Of a stretch of DNA of 64,000 nucleotides, positions 40,344 through 50,423 are shown piece after piece. Within the stretch, counting starts at the first letter, position 1. Each line of letters starts with the position of its first letter. The notes below the pieces were generated by a model, which saw nothing but the letters and a program-made list of their open reading frames with translations, did not search any database and was not told the origin of the DNA. Origin of the DNA: Longimicrobiales bacterium (GTDB lineage: Bacteria; Gemmatimonadota; Gemmatimonadetes; Longimicrobiales; Gaopeijiaceae); assembly GCA_965249725.1 (NCBI GenBank), contig CBDFMQ010000002.1, positions 2,048,001 to 2,112,000 on the forward strand, written 5' to 3'. The position numbers were made by a program, and so were the translations under genes.

Positions 40344-40544
40344 CGCTCCGCCTTTACTGACAATGCAAGTAAATGAGGCCGCAAAAGGCCGCTCATGGGA
40401 ACACTACGGGGGGGGTCGACAAGAAGTTTCCGAGGGGCGACTGAGTGTCGACCCCGCATCACTCGGCGCGGTCGGTGGCTCGCCTTTCCACGGGACGCTA
40501 CACTACCGCGCGGCCCGCGCAAACCCACCCACCGAGCGATCCTA

Positions 40545-41426
40545 GTGCCGGAACCAATCGACGAACCAATCGACGAACCAACCGACGAACCGACCGACGA
40601 ACCAACCGACCTCAGACCACCCGCAGACGCTTCGCCAGCGCGCCACAAGACCTACGAGATCATCTTCGGGAGCGAGACCTGGGCGGGTCGGACGTTCGAC
40701 ATACTCCTGCTCGTCGCAATCCTCACCAGCGTCGCGGTCATCATGATGGAGAGCGTGGCATCGATCCGCACGGAGTACGGAGCACTGCTCAGGGGAGCCG
40801 AGTGGTTCTTCACTGCGCTCTTCACCGTCGAGTACGTGACCCGCCTGTGGTGTGTGAGCCGGGCAGGCGTTTATGCGCGGAGCTTTCTGGGGATCATCGA
40901 CCTGCTGGCCGTGCTGCCGACCTATGTCTCCGTGCTGGTTCCCGGAGGACAGGTCATCACGGTGGTCCGCATTCTCCGTGTGCTCCGCGTGTTCCGCATT
41001 CTCAAGCTCGCCCACTACGTCGGAGAGGCCCGGGTCCTGGGTCAGGCGCTGAAGGCGAGCCGCTTCAAGATCACGATCTTCGTGTTCACCGTCTTGAGCA
41101 TCACGGTGATCGTCGGATCGCTCATGTATCTGATCGAAGGCCCCGCCTCGGGGTTCACCAGCATCCCTCAAGGCGTCTACTGGGCGATCGTCACCCTCAC
41201 GACCGTAGGGTTCGGAGATGTCACCCCACAGACCTTCTTCGGACAGACCTTGGCGAGCATCGTCATGATCATGGGTTACGGCATCATCGCCGTGCCCACG
41301 GGGATCCTGACGGCCGAGATCGTGGAGACCGCCAGGACCCAAAAGGGACCCAAGTGCCCCGGGTGCGAACGTGGCGGACACGACCGGGACGCGAGCCACT
41401 GCAAGTGGTGCGGCCGCACGCTCTGA
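40545..41426 (+). CDS. 6-TM voltage-gated-type potassium channel with C-terminal Cys4 zinc ribbon
   Basis: S4 RILRVLRVFRILKL, pore TLTTVGFGD, CPGC...CKWC; start uncertain (GTG 40545 chosen). Confidence 0.9.
   Translation: MPEPIDEPIDEPTDEPTDEPTDLRPPADASPARHKTYEIIFGSETWAGRTFDILLLVAILTSVAVIMMESVASIRTEYGALLRGAEWFFTALFTVEYVTRLWCVSRAGVYARSFLGIIDLLAVLPTYVSVLVPGGQVITVVRILRVLRVFRILKLAHYVGEARVLGQALKASRFKITIFVFTVLSITVIVGSLMYLIEGPASGFTSIPQGVYWAIVTLTTVGFGDVTPQTFFGQTLASIVMIMGYGIIAVPTGILTAEIVETARTQKGPKCPGCERGGHDRDASHCKWCGRTL
40551..40610. repeat. 12-bp tandem repeat x5 encoding EPID/EPTD
   Basis: GAACCAATCGAC x2, then GAACC(A/G)ACCGAC x3. Confidence 0.92.
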
Positions 41427-41739
41427 CGACGGCGTCGTGGACCATCTGGGACGCATCGTCTGGTACTACCGGACCGAAGGCGACATCTGCGGGTTCGTTC
41501 AGCGGAGGCTGTACGAGGCCACCCGGGGCCGCTCGGATTCCAATCCAATCCACAATCATCGCACCGTTGACTCAGCTTGTGCGCAAGACCAATAAGCGCA
41601 TCGATTGGTCGCTGCCAAATACCCTTGCGCTCCCTCTCGCGGTGCGACATGGTGCGAAGCACGACGCTCACCCGCGCGGTCGAGGTTCCCACAGCTCGTG
41701 TGATCCAGACGACGCTCCAGGCCTGGTTGGAGATCCGCC

Positions 41740-44376
41740 ATGATCCGTCGAAGCCTCGTGCTCATCCCCGGCGTCAGCCTCCTCGTGATCGGGCTATCCA
41801 ACGCGCCGCTTGCCGCGCAGTTCGATTGTGAGCCCTTCTGCCTTCCCCCCTCGTACTCGCTCACTGGACCAGACCAGGTGCTGGAAGGAGACTCCGTCCA
41901 CACGGGGGATCACGCCGTCCAGTATCAGCTCGTCCACACCGCGGACGACGGAACCGAGACGCTTGTGAATCCGAGTTGGGGTGTCATGGATCCGGACGAT
42001 GTGCTACGGAGCGGGTCCCTTAACTACGCCTTCCGTGCCATCGACGACGCGGGCGTGTTCCTTGTCATGAACGCGGCGCGAACCGGAGTGGTCTACGTGA
42101 GGGCCGGTCTCTTGGTCGAGGGCGTTAGCCGTGTTCTATTCAAGCCGGTCACGGTGACACGGAGACCGCAGAAGCTGCTCGGTCTCAGCATCCCGTTCGA
42201 CGCCGACCCTCCGGCACTCGGGACCCGCTCGGTCACCCAGCTCGAGGCGGTCGCCGACTTTCGAAGCGGCCTACCCGGGGCGACACCCGCGGTCCAACCC
42301 GACGAGTGGTGGCTCGAGCAAGCGCCCTCGGACGCGTCGGTGAGTCAGACCGGGGAGCTCACCCTCGGCTGCACGCCCCAGGTCGGGTGGACGCTCAAGG
42401 CGCGCTACGAGTTCGAGGGCATCAGCAAGATCGCTCAACGGACCTTCTTCGTGTGGCCCAACGACACGATGGAGCCGGACCGCCTTTACATGACCGGGAA
42501 CTCGGCCATTCCGGAGAGCGTGATCGAGGGGCAGACGGCTCAGATGGACTCCTTGATGCTGACTCGACGCGCCAGCTTCCCGGACGACTTCTACGACGAG
42601 GCCGTTCCCGCCTCCGAGGTCCAGTGGAGTGGATCTTCGAGCTACGGGGCGATCTCCCCCTCGGGCCTCCTCTCCGCCGCGTTCTATCCTCCGGGCACGA
42701 TCTCGCCGGCGGGGACCGTGCCCGTGACGGCAGAGTACTCGGAGTGTGGCCAGACGGTGTCGAGGACCTTCGACGTTTCGGTATCGCTGATAAGCGTCGA
42801 CGAGCTGAGGATCTACGCGAACGGGTCCAGGCACGTGACCACCGAGCCCGTGGCGGGGGCCCAGAGCATCGAGCTGACGGCCCAAGCCCTCCTCCACCCC
42901 TCGCAGGGTGGAGGGAGCTTCATGGTTCCCGCGACCTGGGCCTTCCAGAGCTCGGTCGAGGGGCCCTCCCTCTCGGAGGACGGCGTGTTGACTACGCTGA
43001 GCGCACGGTGCGACGAACTGGTCGTCGTAACGGGGACGTTCCGAAATCGAAGTCGGACGGCCGGCTTTCACATGCTGCCGAGCCCGAACTCGATGAGCTC
43101 GTTCACCGTTTCGCAGTCTGGGGCTTACGAGGGCACCGTCATTACCGGGTCCATCGAGCTGGCTGGACCAGCATGTGACCCCATCACGAGCCCCTTGTCC
43201 ATCTCGACGGAACCGGTCGTCGCTCCTCCAGGCGCTCCGGTCGAGCTCGCGGGGGCGACCCAAGGGAGGTCCGTCCGGATCGAAAGAGGGGAGCGATCCG
43301 GCTCGTTCGACCTCGTCGCCTTGACCGCCGACGAAGGCATGCGAGAAGACATCGCGGTCACACGAGTCATGATCGAGGCTGCGTACGAGAATGACGTCCA
43401 GGGAGCGGACTTCGCGCTCTGCTCGACCAGCGCCACGATGTTCGCCCTGACCGCGCCCGATGGCACCACCCAACAAGAGGTGGACGAGGGCGAGACTGCC
43501 CGGGTGGCCGTGTCCTTTCCCGGGGGCGCACAGTACGCTCAATCGTGTGGACCCATGAGCATCCAGCTAGAGAGCTCCAATCCGAGTGTTGTCTCGGGGA
43601 CTTCGCTCACGCTTTCCGGCGAAGCCGAGAACATAACCGTCGAGGTTCGCGATGTATCGGAGGCGACAGAGGTGGGGATCACCGCGGTCTTGGACGGCCC
43701 GTCCTACGGCCCGGCATCGCAACCCGGGGACGCGCAGCACACCATCGTCGCGATTCCCGTCCCCTCGCTCAGCTCGATTCGCATCTCGCCCTCCATGACC
43801 TTCGAGGGTAGGCCCACGACAGTCGAGGTCTCCCTGGATGCCGCAGCTTCAGGGAGGGACATCCCGATCCGACTTGTGTCCGACGACCCCTCACTCTTGG
43901 CGGACCTCCCCCGCACAGTCATCGTGCCAGATGGAGCGCGAGATGCCACCGTGGCGTTTACAGCCCCCGAAGTGATCGAGACCCGCACCGCTACCGTCGA
44001 GGCGTTTCTCGGCGATGTGACGCTCTCTGCCACGGTCTCGATTGGGCCGTTCTCGACCCTTACGACCCTGACCGCGCGGTCGAACCGGATCATCGTCGGA
44101 CAGACCCTCGACGTCATAATCTCGCTCGACAAGGTCGCATCGACGGGCGGGCTCCGGATCGGCCTCGAGAGCAGCAACCCCGATCTGCTTCTGATCGATC
44201 GATTCGCCACGATCCCCGCTGGAGAGCAGTCGGCGGTCGTTACGGTCACCGCGGCCGCCGTTCGAGGGATGAGGGGAGGAGTGGAGGTGGTCCTGCGTGC
44301 CATTCAGGGGCGGACTGTCGTCGAGTTTACCGTGTCGGTGGAGGCACCCGGCCAAGACACTGCTACGGGAACCTAG
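41740..44376 (+). CDS. Large secreted protein with tandem Ig-like domains
   Basis: Signal peptide ending LAA-Q; beta-rich; about 90-aa repeats near the C-terminus (I.L.S..P....P....VP.G...A.V..TA). Confidence 0.75.
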   Translation: MIRRSLVLIPGVSLLVIGLSNAPLAAQFDCEPFCLPPSYSLTGPDQVLEGDSVHTGDHAVQYQLVHTADDGTETLVNPSWGVMDPDDVLRSGSLNYAFRAIDDAGVFLVMNAARTGVVYVRAGLLVEGVSRVLFKPVTVTRRPQKLLGLSIPFDADPPALGTRSVTQLEAVADFRSGLPGATPAVQPDEWWLEQAPSDASVSQTGELTLGCTPQVGWTLKARYEFEGISKIAQRTFFVWPNDTMEPDRLYMTGNSAIPESVIEGQTAQMDSLMLTRRASFPDDFYDEAVPASEVQWSGSSSYGAISPSGLLSAAFYPPGTISPAGTVPVTAEYSECGQTVSRTFDVSVSLISVDELRIYANGSRHVTTEPVAGAQSIELTAQALLHPSQGGGSFMVPATWAFQSSVEGPSLSEDGVLTTLSARCDELVVVTGTFRNRSRTAGFHMLPSPNSMSSFTVSQSGAYEGTVITGSIELAGPACDPITSPLSISTEPVVAPPGAPVELAGATQGRSVRIERGERSGSFDLVALTADEGMREDIAVTRVMIEAAYENDVQGADFALCSTSATMFALTAPDGTTQQEVDEGETARVAVSFPGGAQYAQSCGPMSIQLESSNPSVVSGTSLTLSGEAENITVEVRDVSEATEVGITAVLDGPSYGPASQPGDAQHTIVAIPVPSLSSIRISPSMTFEGRPTTVEVSLDAAASGRDIPIRLVSDDPSLLADLPRTVIVPDGARDATVAFTAPEVIETRTATVEAFLGDVTLSATVSIGPFSTLTTLTARSNRIIVGQTLDVIISLDKVASTGGLRIGLESSNPDLLLIDRFATIPAGEQSAVVTVTAAAVRGMRGGVEVVLRAIQGRTVVEFTVSVEAPGQDTATGT

Positions 44377-44390
44377 AGGAGGGTCCTCGA

Positions 44391-45695
44391 TCATGGCGCC
44401 TGCCACCGATGCCCGCGCCGATCGGTGATCCCGATCACCAGGCCGGTTCCATCCAGAGCCACGACCCTCCACAGTAAGCCCGAATCCCCTGCCCGGTCGG
44501 CGAGCCACCCGGGAGCCGAATAGCTGGTGGTGCCCCGCTCCACGAGCGCCGACAGCACCTGCTCACCCTGCAGCGTGGTCACCTCCAGTCGATACAGGGT
44601 CGCCGTTGTATGCTCCAGCCAGCTGAACACCAGATCCCCTTCCCGGTCCAGCACGGTGTTGAGCATGGGCTCCAGCAACCCGAATCCCGTTTCGGGGTCG
44701 GGCCTGACGATCGCCAGCGCGTTCCCCACGAAATAGCGGAGGATCGGCATGGGGAATCCGGCGACGGCCCCGGTATGGACCAAACCGTCCCCCGCCCCCG
44801 CACTGGCCAGGTCGGTGTCCCCTTCCTTGTCGTCCGAGGCCTCGATGCGAAGGAGGATTTGGTAGAATCCCTCCAGGTCGTTCGGAATCGACTCGATAGG
44901 CGGACCCTCGAGCGTGTACTCCCCGACCGGGGGTAGGAACACGTTGAAGCGGGAGAGCTCGGTGTAGAGCTTCTGGGTTCCTCGGAGCTCCTCGGGCAGC
45001 GTCGCCTCGGTGAGGAGATCCTCGGCCGTCGGAGGCTCTTCGCCCGGGAACACGACCTCCCAGCGACCCACCAGGCGACCCGTACCGTTGTAGACGATCT
45101 TGGCCGAGAGCGGTGGGAGCTCGCCTTCGGCGTCCACCACGAGCACTTCGTCCTCGCTCGCGAAGTCAACCTGAACATCGAGCAGCGAGAACGGCACTCG
45201 CGCTCCGCCACCGGAGAGCCGGCAGGTCGCCGTCACGTACTGGTCTGGCCCCGCACTGGTGGGGTCGATGAAGCGTCTCACGTAGAAGAACTCGGACGAG
45301 GCCCCGTCTACGGCCGCCTGATACGCCCGCCTCGCCACGGAGGGCGGAATGGACATGATGTCCGTAAACCCGTCGTCACCACTGGTGGTCGAGAGGTCGA
45401 ACCGCAACGGCAGACTGCCGAAGATGGTCGTGGGATCGCACGTGTTGCCGATGTCGGGCGCGGCCGAGATGAGCTCGCCACACCAGATCGCCTCGTCGGG
45501 GACGTAACCGTCGAGGTTGCCGAAGGTCAGGAAGACCGTAGTCGCCCCTTGAGCGTTGACGTTGACGCCCGTCGGGTTGCGCGAGATCTGGCCCACGGCC
45601 GGCTGCACCGCGAAGCCGAACAGAAACGCCAGAACGAGGGCCGGCGAGGTGACGCTGATTCGCATGGTCTGATTCCAAAGCCGCTTCGAGATCAT
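44391..45695 (-). CDS. Secreted hypothetical protein with C-terminal Ig/FN3-like domain
   Basis: Signal peptide (AVG-Q); long ORF 2 nt after the upstream gene's stop. Confidence 0.75.
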   Translation of the reverse strand: MISKRLWNQTMRISVTSPALVLAFLFGFAVQPAVGQISRNPTGVNVNAQGATTVFLTFGNLDGYVPDEAIWCGELISAAPDIGNTCDPTTIFGSLPLRFDLSTTSGDDGFTDIMSIPPSVARRAYQAAVDGASSEFFYVRRFIDPTSAGPDQYVTATCRLSGGGARVPFSLLDVQVDFASEDEVLVVDAEGELPPLSAKIVYNGTGRLVGRWEVVFPGEEPPTAEDLLTEATLPEELRGTQKLYTELSRFNVFLPPVGEYTLEGPPIESIPNDLEGFYQILLRIEASDDKEGDTDLASAGAGDGLVHTGAVAGFPMPILRYFVGNALAIVRPDPETGFGLLEPMLNTVLDREGDLVFSWLEHTTATLYRLEVTTLQGEQVLSALVERGTTSYSAPGWLADRAGDSGLLWRVVALDGTGLVIGITDRRGHRWQAP

Positions 45696-45697
45696 GT

Positions 45698-47892
45698 CTA
45701 TCTCCCCCCGAAGCCGAAGCTGAAGCCTGTGTTGACCGTCCAGTTCTTGCGGCGACTGTCGGTGTCACGCGTCCGGTCCATCCGCTCGGCTACGTTGCGC
45801 GCGTAGCGAATGTAGTACTGCCCATTGAAGCGCTCCGTACGAGGTACGGCGCCGCTCCAGTTGATGTTGATCCGCTTGTCGCTCTGTTCCTTGGTCGCAG
45901 CCTGGTCGTCCTTGAACGTGTCGGAAAACTGGATCGCGAGGGCGGAGCGTTGGATCGGCTTCCAGTTGACCCGGGCACCGAACCGGCGAGTGTTGTCGAT
46001 CTCCTCACGCTGAATGCTCTCGGCCTCTTCGAAGCCCAGGTCGAGGGACACCGAGAACTTCCGTGAGGGATTCAAGCCCAATGTGAATCCGCTCTTAGCG
46101 TTGTTCAGATCCGCGTCTTCGCGCCCTTCCTGGCGATTGTCCTGCTTCGAGAAGTTCAACTGGTAGCTGAAGTTGACCTTGCTCCAGCGCCATCCGGCCG
46201 ACGCAGTGTGATTCGTGCTGACCTGGTCGGGAACATGACCGGCGCTGAACCCGCTGTTGTCCGGAATCTCCTCGCCGAACTGTGCGTGCGCTGCATGCGG
46301 TACTGCAAGGCCGGAAGCCACGTGACCCCAGACTTCCCACGAAGGATGTTGGGGAGCGGCACGCCCACGTTGAGGCCCGTGCGCTCGGTGTTGGACTTCA
46401 GAACCGAGGCGACCTCATCCAGGTTGTCGTTGGCGTCCGAGAACGAGGCCTGAACCGCAACGCCCGCGACATCGGCCTTGATGTCGTACTGGTTCTGGAG
46501 TTGGTCGGCCCGCGCGGAAGCTCCAACACTCTTGTAGAGAGGGTCGACCCGCTGATGCTTGAAGCCGACGGAGACCCTGGCCGTCTTGCCCCCGCCGAGC
46601 TTCACACCCTTCAGCACGTCGAGGTTGGCGTTCAGGTAGCGGGCGTTCTTGGTTTCCTCACGTACGGCCACGACGTTCTGGCCTTGGTTCAACGTGGGGT
46701 CATCAGGGTTGTCGAACGTGCTCCGAGAGAAGCCACCGTCCAGCCGGAGTCGCCGACCCAGACCATTGGCCTTGAAGTTGAACCCGAAGCCGTCACTCTG
46801 CTCCGCGTCGTTCACGGCCCCCTGGTTGAAGTTGTTCTGGGGCAGCTTCGAGGCGTCGAGATAGGAGAACTCCATGCGGAGCTGTCCGGGCGTCTTCATT
46901 ACCTCTACTCCCCAACGCGCATTGAGCATGCGGTGATCGGAGTCGTTCAAGCCGACGATGTTGTCGAAGCCAACGATGCTGCTTCCGTTCGTGACACCCA
47001 CTTCGGCGTCGACACGAGAGACGGGTCGCACCGTGGCCGTCGCTCCGCGGGCACCGAACCCGCTGATGAGGTAGCGCTGGTTGCCCGTCCGGACGTGACC
47101 CACGGAGACGTCCAGCTTCTCGGAGCCGTACTTCAGGTCATAGTTCGACAGATCCAGTTTATATGCGTCCTCGCCCTTCTCGCGGAAACGCAGAGCGTTC
47201 TCCTGATGGTTGAAGCCGAGCAACATCGAGTTCAGGCCCAGCGTGAACCCCGAGTGGACCTGCTCGACCTGAAAGCTGACCTTGGTTTCCACGTCGCCTG
47301 TGACGGGCAGGTCAACGCCGGGATCGGGCTCCTTGCCCTCCCAGGGCTGGCTCTTGAAAGAGACGTCCGCTTTGGGGGTGACCTCACGGGATTGGAAGCC
47401 AATAGCACCCTCGACCCGCAACGTCTCCGAGGTGACCTCGTTCCACCCTCCAGCGGCATCGATCAGGTAGACCGTGACGGCGCTTTCACCAGACGGAAGC
47501 TCGACGACCGAGGGCGTCAGCTGCACGCCGCTGCCGGTCGGTCGGAAGAGACTCGTGAAGTCGGTCGCACCGATGAAGACGGCAACGCTCTCGTTCTCCG
47601 CATCGAGCGCACGGCTGAACGTGAGTTCGATCGGCGCGGCGGCGGCCAGAAAACCCTGCGGCGGGAGGTTCGTCGAAACCGTGAAGTCCTGCGCGGCCAC
47701 GCCTGAGGACCAGATCAGCAGTGCGGCGAAGACGCATAGTAATGAGACGGCCCACACCAGTAGCGCAAGTGGAGAACCCGATGAGGCGGTCGGCGGCTTG
47801 CAGTCCTTGCGTTTATCATGTAGTGTGGGAACCCGAACAAAAACCGATAACCCGCCCACCGCAGGAGGCGACGATGTCGATGACACAACCAC
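45698..47892 (-). CDS. Putative outer-membrane beta-barrel protein, split by a 1-nt frameshift near 46283; start uncertain
   Basis: ORFs 46156-47892 and 45698-46321 join as MQRTH-QFGEEIP if CACAG is read CACCAG; alternating amphipathic strands, ending VNTGFSFGF. Confidence 0.65.
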
Positions 47893-48407
47893 AGCCCGCT
47901 TCGATGGCTGAGAACCTACTCGCTCAGTTCAAGCAGGAGATGGTCGCGACCAGAACCACCCTCGAGAGGGTTCCGTTCGAGAAGGCAGAGTGGGCGCCGC
48001 ACGAGAAGTCCATGACGCTCGGTCACCTAGCTGGCCACATCTCGGAGATGCCCGGCTGGGGAGCCGCCGTGATCACCACCGAGGAATACGACATGAATCC
48101 GGTTGATGGTGAGGGCTATCAGGCCGCCGAGCCGAAGTCGCTGGATGATATCCTCACCGCGTTCGACGCCGGCGTGGCGGCTGCGGAGGGGGCTCTGGCG
48201 GGGGCGTCCGATGAGGACCTCGCGGTCCATTGGAGCCTGAAGTCGGGTGGCGAAGAGGTCATGGGAGCCCCTCGGGGCGCGTTCTTCAGAGACGTAATTA
48301 CCAGCCACCTTATCCATCACCGGGCCCAGCTCGGCGTTTACCTCAGGTTGCTGGACATTCCGGTTCCTGGTCCGTATGGCCCGTCGGCAGACGAGAAGGA
48401 AGAGTAG
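47874..48407 (+). CDS. DinB family protein
   Basis: AGGAGG RBS; WAPHEKSMTLGHLAGHI, HLIHHRAQLGVYLRLLDIPVPGPYGPSADE. Confidence 0.9.
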   Translation: MSMTQPQPASMAENLLAQFKQEMVATRTTLERVPFEKAEWAPHEKSMTLGHLAGHISEMPGWGAAVITTEEYDMNPVDGEGYQAAEPKSLDDILTAFDAGVAAAEGALAGASDEDLAVHWSLKSGGEEVMGAPRGAFFRDVITSHLIHHRAQLGVYLRLLDIPVPGPYGPSADEKEE

Positions 48408-48745
48408 CCACCACCCAGTCTCGGGGCCGGGGCCGCCGTCCATAGGGGCGGTCCCGGCTTTCTCTGTAAGCGCGGCGGCACACGTCGCTGCCGCAGGATC
48501 GGGTACACGGTGCCCTGTTTGGGCACTCTTTTCCGGGCGGTTACGCGGATGAGCGGCCAGAATCGCCTGAACCGGGCCTAGTTCGGGGTCCACTCCAGCC
48601 CCAGGGACCTGATCAACACCAGCCGTTCTTGGCATGAGCCTTGCGATTGTAGATCACGGCTATCCGAGAGGTGTGCAAGAATTCGGGCTCCGAACGTCAC
48701 CCTTCGAGACAGCAGCAGAGACACATACAGGACTGGGAGGCTACG

Positions 48746-49354
48746 GTGCGGAAGGTTTACCTACTTGGACTGCTCTACATCGGCCTGAGCGTTGCGTACA
48801 TCATGAGGGCGGGGGAGCCGATGGCGATTCCTCCCGACGACCCTCCGTTCACGATCACGGTTCAGGCACAACCCGACGTCGATCCCGCGATCGATCCGGA
48901 CGACGCCGTGGCCTGGTTCCACGCCATCAAGCAGTACTGCAATCCGGTGGAGGTCGAGACCAGGGTCGGTTGGAGCCCCGCACCCCGATCGGCCGACGGC
49001 ACCGCCTATCAGGCCGCGTGCTTCGCGCTCGCCGGGCAGATCGACACGGCTCGCGAGTTGATCCTGGAGTTGCAGGAGGACCAGCGGTGGCACGCAGCCG
49101 GAGTCGTGTTCAACGTCGGCCATCCCGTTGCGGATGCCGGTGACGACCTGGCCGCCGGTCCGCTGATGGAACTGGTTGTGGAGTTCTGGCCCAACCATTA
49201 CATGGCGCTGTATCACGCCGGAGCCGCCCGGTATGCGCTCGGGGATCACGGAGCTGCACACAAGTACCTGGTGAGCTTCCTCGAGCACTACGATCCGGAC
49301 GACGGCTGGCGCCAGAGCGCTCAGAGCATGATCGCCGCGGTTGAGGCCCTGTGA
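48746..49354 (+). CDS. Membrane-anchored hypothetical protein with TPR-like C-terminus
   Basis: GGAGG RBS and GTG; N-terminal TM; HYMALYHAGAARYALG TPR-like helix pair. Confidence 0.7.
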   Translation: MRKVYLLGLLYIGLSVAYIMRAGEPMAIPPDDPPFTITVQAQPDVDPAIDPDDAVAWFHAIKQYCNPVEVETRVGWSPAPRSADGTAYQAACFALAGQIDTARELILELQEDQRWHAAGVVFNVGHPVADAGDDLAAGPLMELVVEFWPNHYMALYHAGAARYALGDHGAAHKYLVSFLEHYDPDDGWRQSAQSMIAAVEAL

Positions 49355-50343
49355 GAAACCTCATCGTCCCGGAGCGGGACGTCGGCTCGTGCGTGCTCTG
49401 CAACGGGCCCGACCCCCTCGACCTCAGCGTCTGCTTGGACTGCGCGACTCGTACAGGTGACGGTCTCGTGTTCGTGCGCCAGTCCCTCCGAAAGGTAGAC
49501 CGTGCCGGGGTCGTCCAGCGGCTGCAGCGGATTCTCCCCCCGGGAGTCGACCGGGAGGCGTTCGATCTCGCGGCAAAGGGGTATCTGCCGCTGGCATCGG
49601 TCCCTCTCCCGGCCGCCGAGCAGGTACTCGGGGTCTTCGCTCACGAGAGCATTCCCACGCATGTGATTCCCAAGCGTTGGGGTATGGCGCCCATCCCGCC
49701 GGCGTTGACGTTCACACTCCTGTCCGTGCTGGTTGGGGGCTCCCTGGTCGGCCTCCTCACGGGTCAGCTCTTCTTCCTGTCGAGCCCCGTGTATGCAGGT
49801 CTACTGTGGATCCTGGCCCAACTTCGTCTCCGCAGACCCGCGGCGTGTGAGGGCCGACGTGTCGCCTGGCTCCCCCACGCCGTCGAGGCCCGGGTCGTGA
49901 CGGCGCTGGTCAGCCTTCCCTTCGGGTCACCCCGGACGCTGCTCGCGGACGCGGTGCGCCTCGGTCGCCTATTGTGGGAGAGAGCCGCAGCGACAGGTGA
50001 TGTCGACATCGTGGCAGACACGGGGCAACTCCTGTCCATCGCAGCCGACGTCGCGACCGACCTTCATCGCATCGAAGAATCTGAACGGGTGATCGCCAGC
50101 CAGCGGGCAGAGGGCTCTGCAGCCCACATCACGAGGACCGAGGCGCTAGACGCCCTCGAGGTGTCGAGGCAACGACTCCACGACCAACTGCTCGACGTCG
50201 CGCGTGCTATGGGCGGCGCGAACCGCCGGCTTCCCGAAGCGGGGGGACAGGCCACCGAGCTGGTCCGACTGGCGGAGGCCATCGAAAGGAGTCGCTCCGC
50301 TCAGACCGGAGCCATCACCGAAGTCGAGCGACTCCTGGCATAA
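49351..50343 (+). CDS. Hypothetical membrane protein with N-terminal CxxC...CxxC and helical C-terminus
   Basis: GTGA overlap with the upstream gene; CVLC and CLDC; two TM helices. Confidence 0.65.
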   Translation: MRNLIVPERDVGSCVLCNGPDPLDLSVCLDCATRTGDGLVFVRQSLRKVDRAGVVQRLQRILPPGVDREAFDLAAKGYLPLASVPLPAAEQVLGVFAHESIPTHVIPKRWGMAPIPPALTFTLLSVLVGGSLVGLLTGQLFFLSSPVYAGLLWILAQLRLRRPAACEGRRVAWLPHAVEARVVTALVSLPFGSPRTLLADAVRLGRLLWERAAATGDVDIVADTGQLLSIAADVATDLHRIEESERVIASQRAEGSAAHITRTEALDALEVSRQRLHDQLLDVARAMGGANRRLPEAGGQATELVRLAEAIERSRSAQTGAITEVERLLA

Positions 50344-50423
50344 CCCCGCCCGCAGTTGACATGCGGGCCCGAACGGCTAACTCCTTGGATCGTCTGGCAG
50401 GGGACCTTCGTGAGGAGTTAGCA

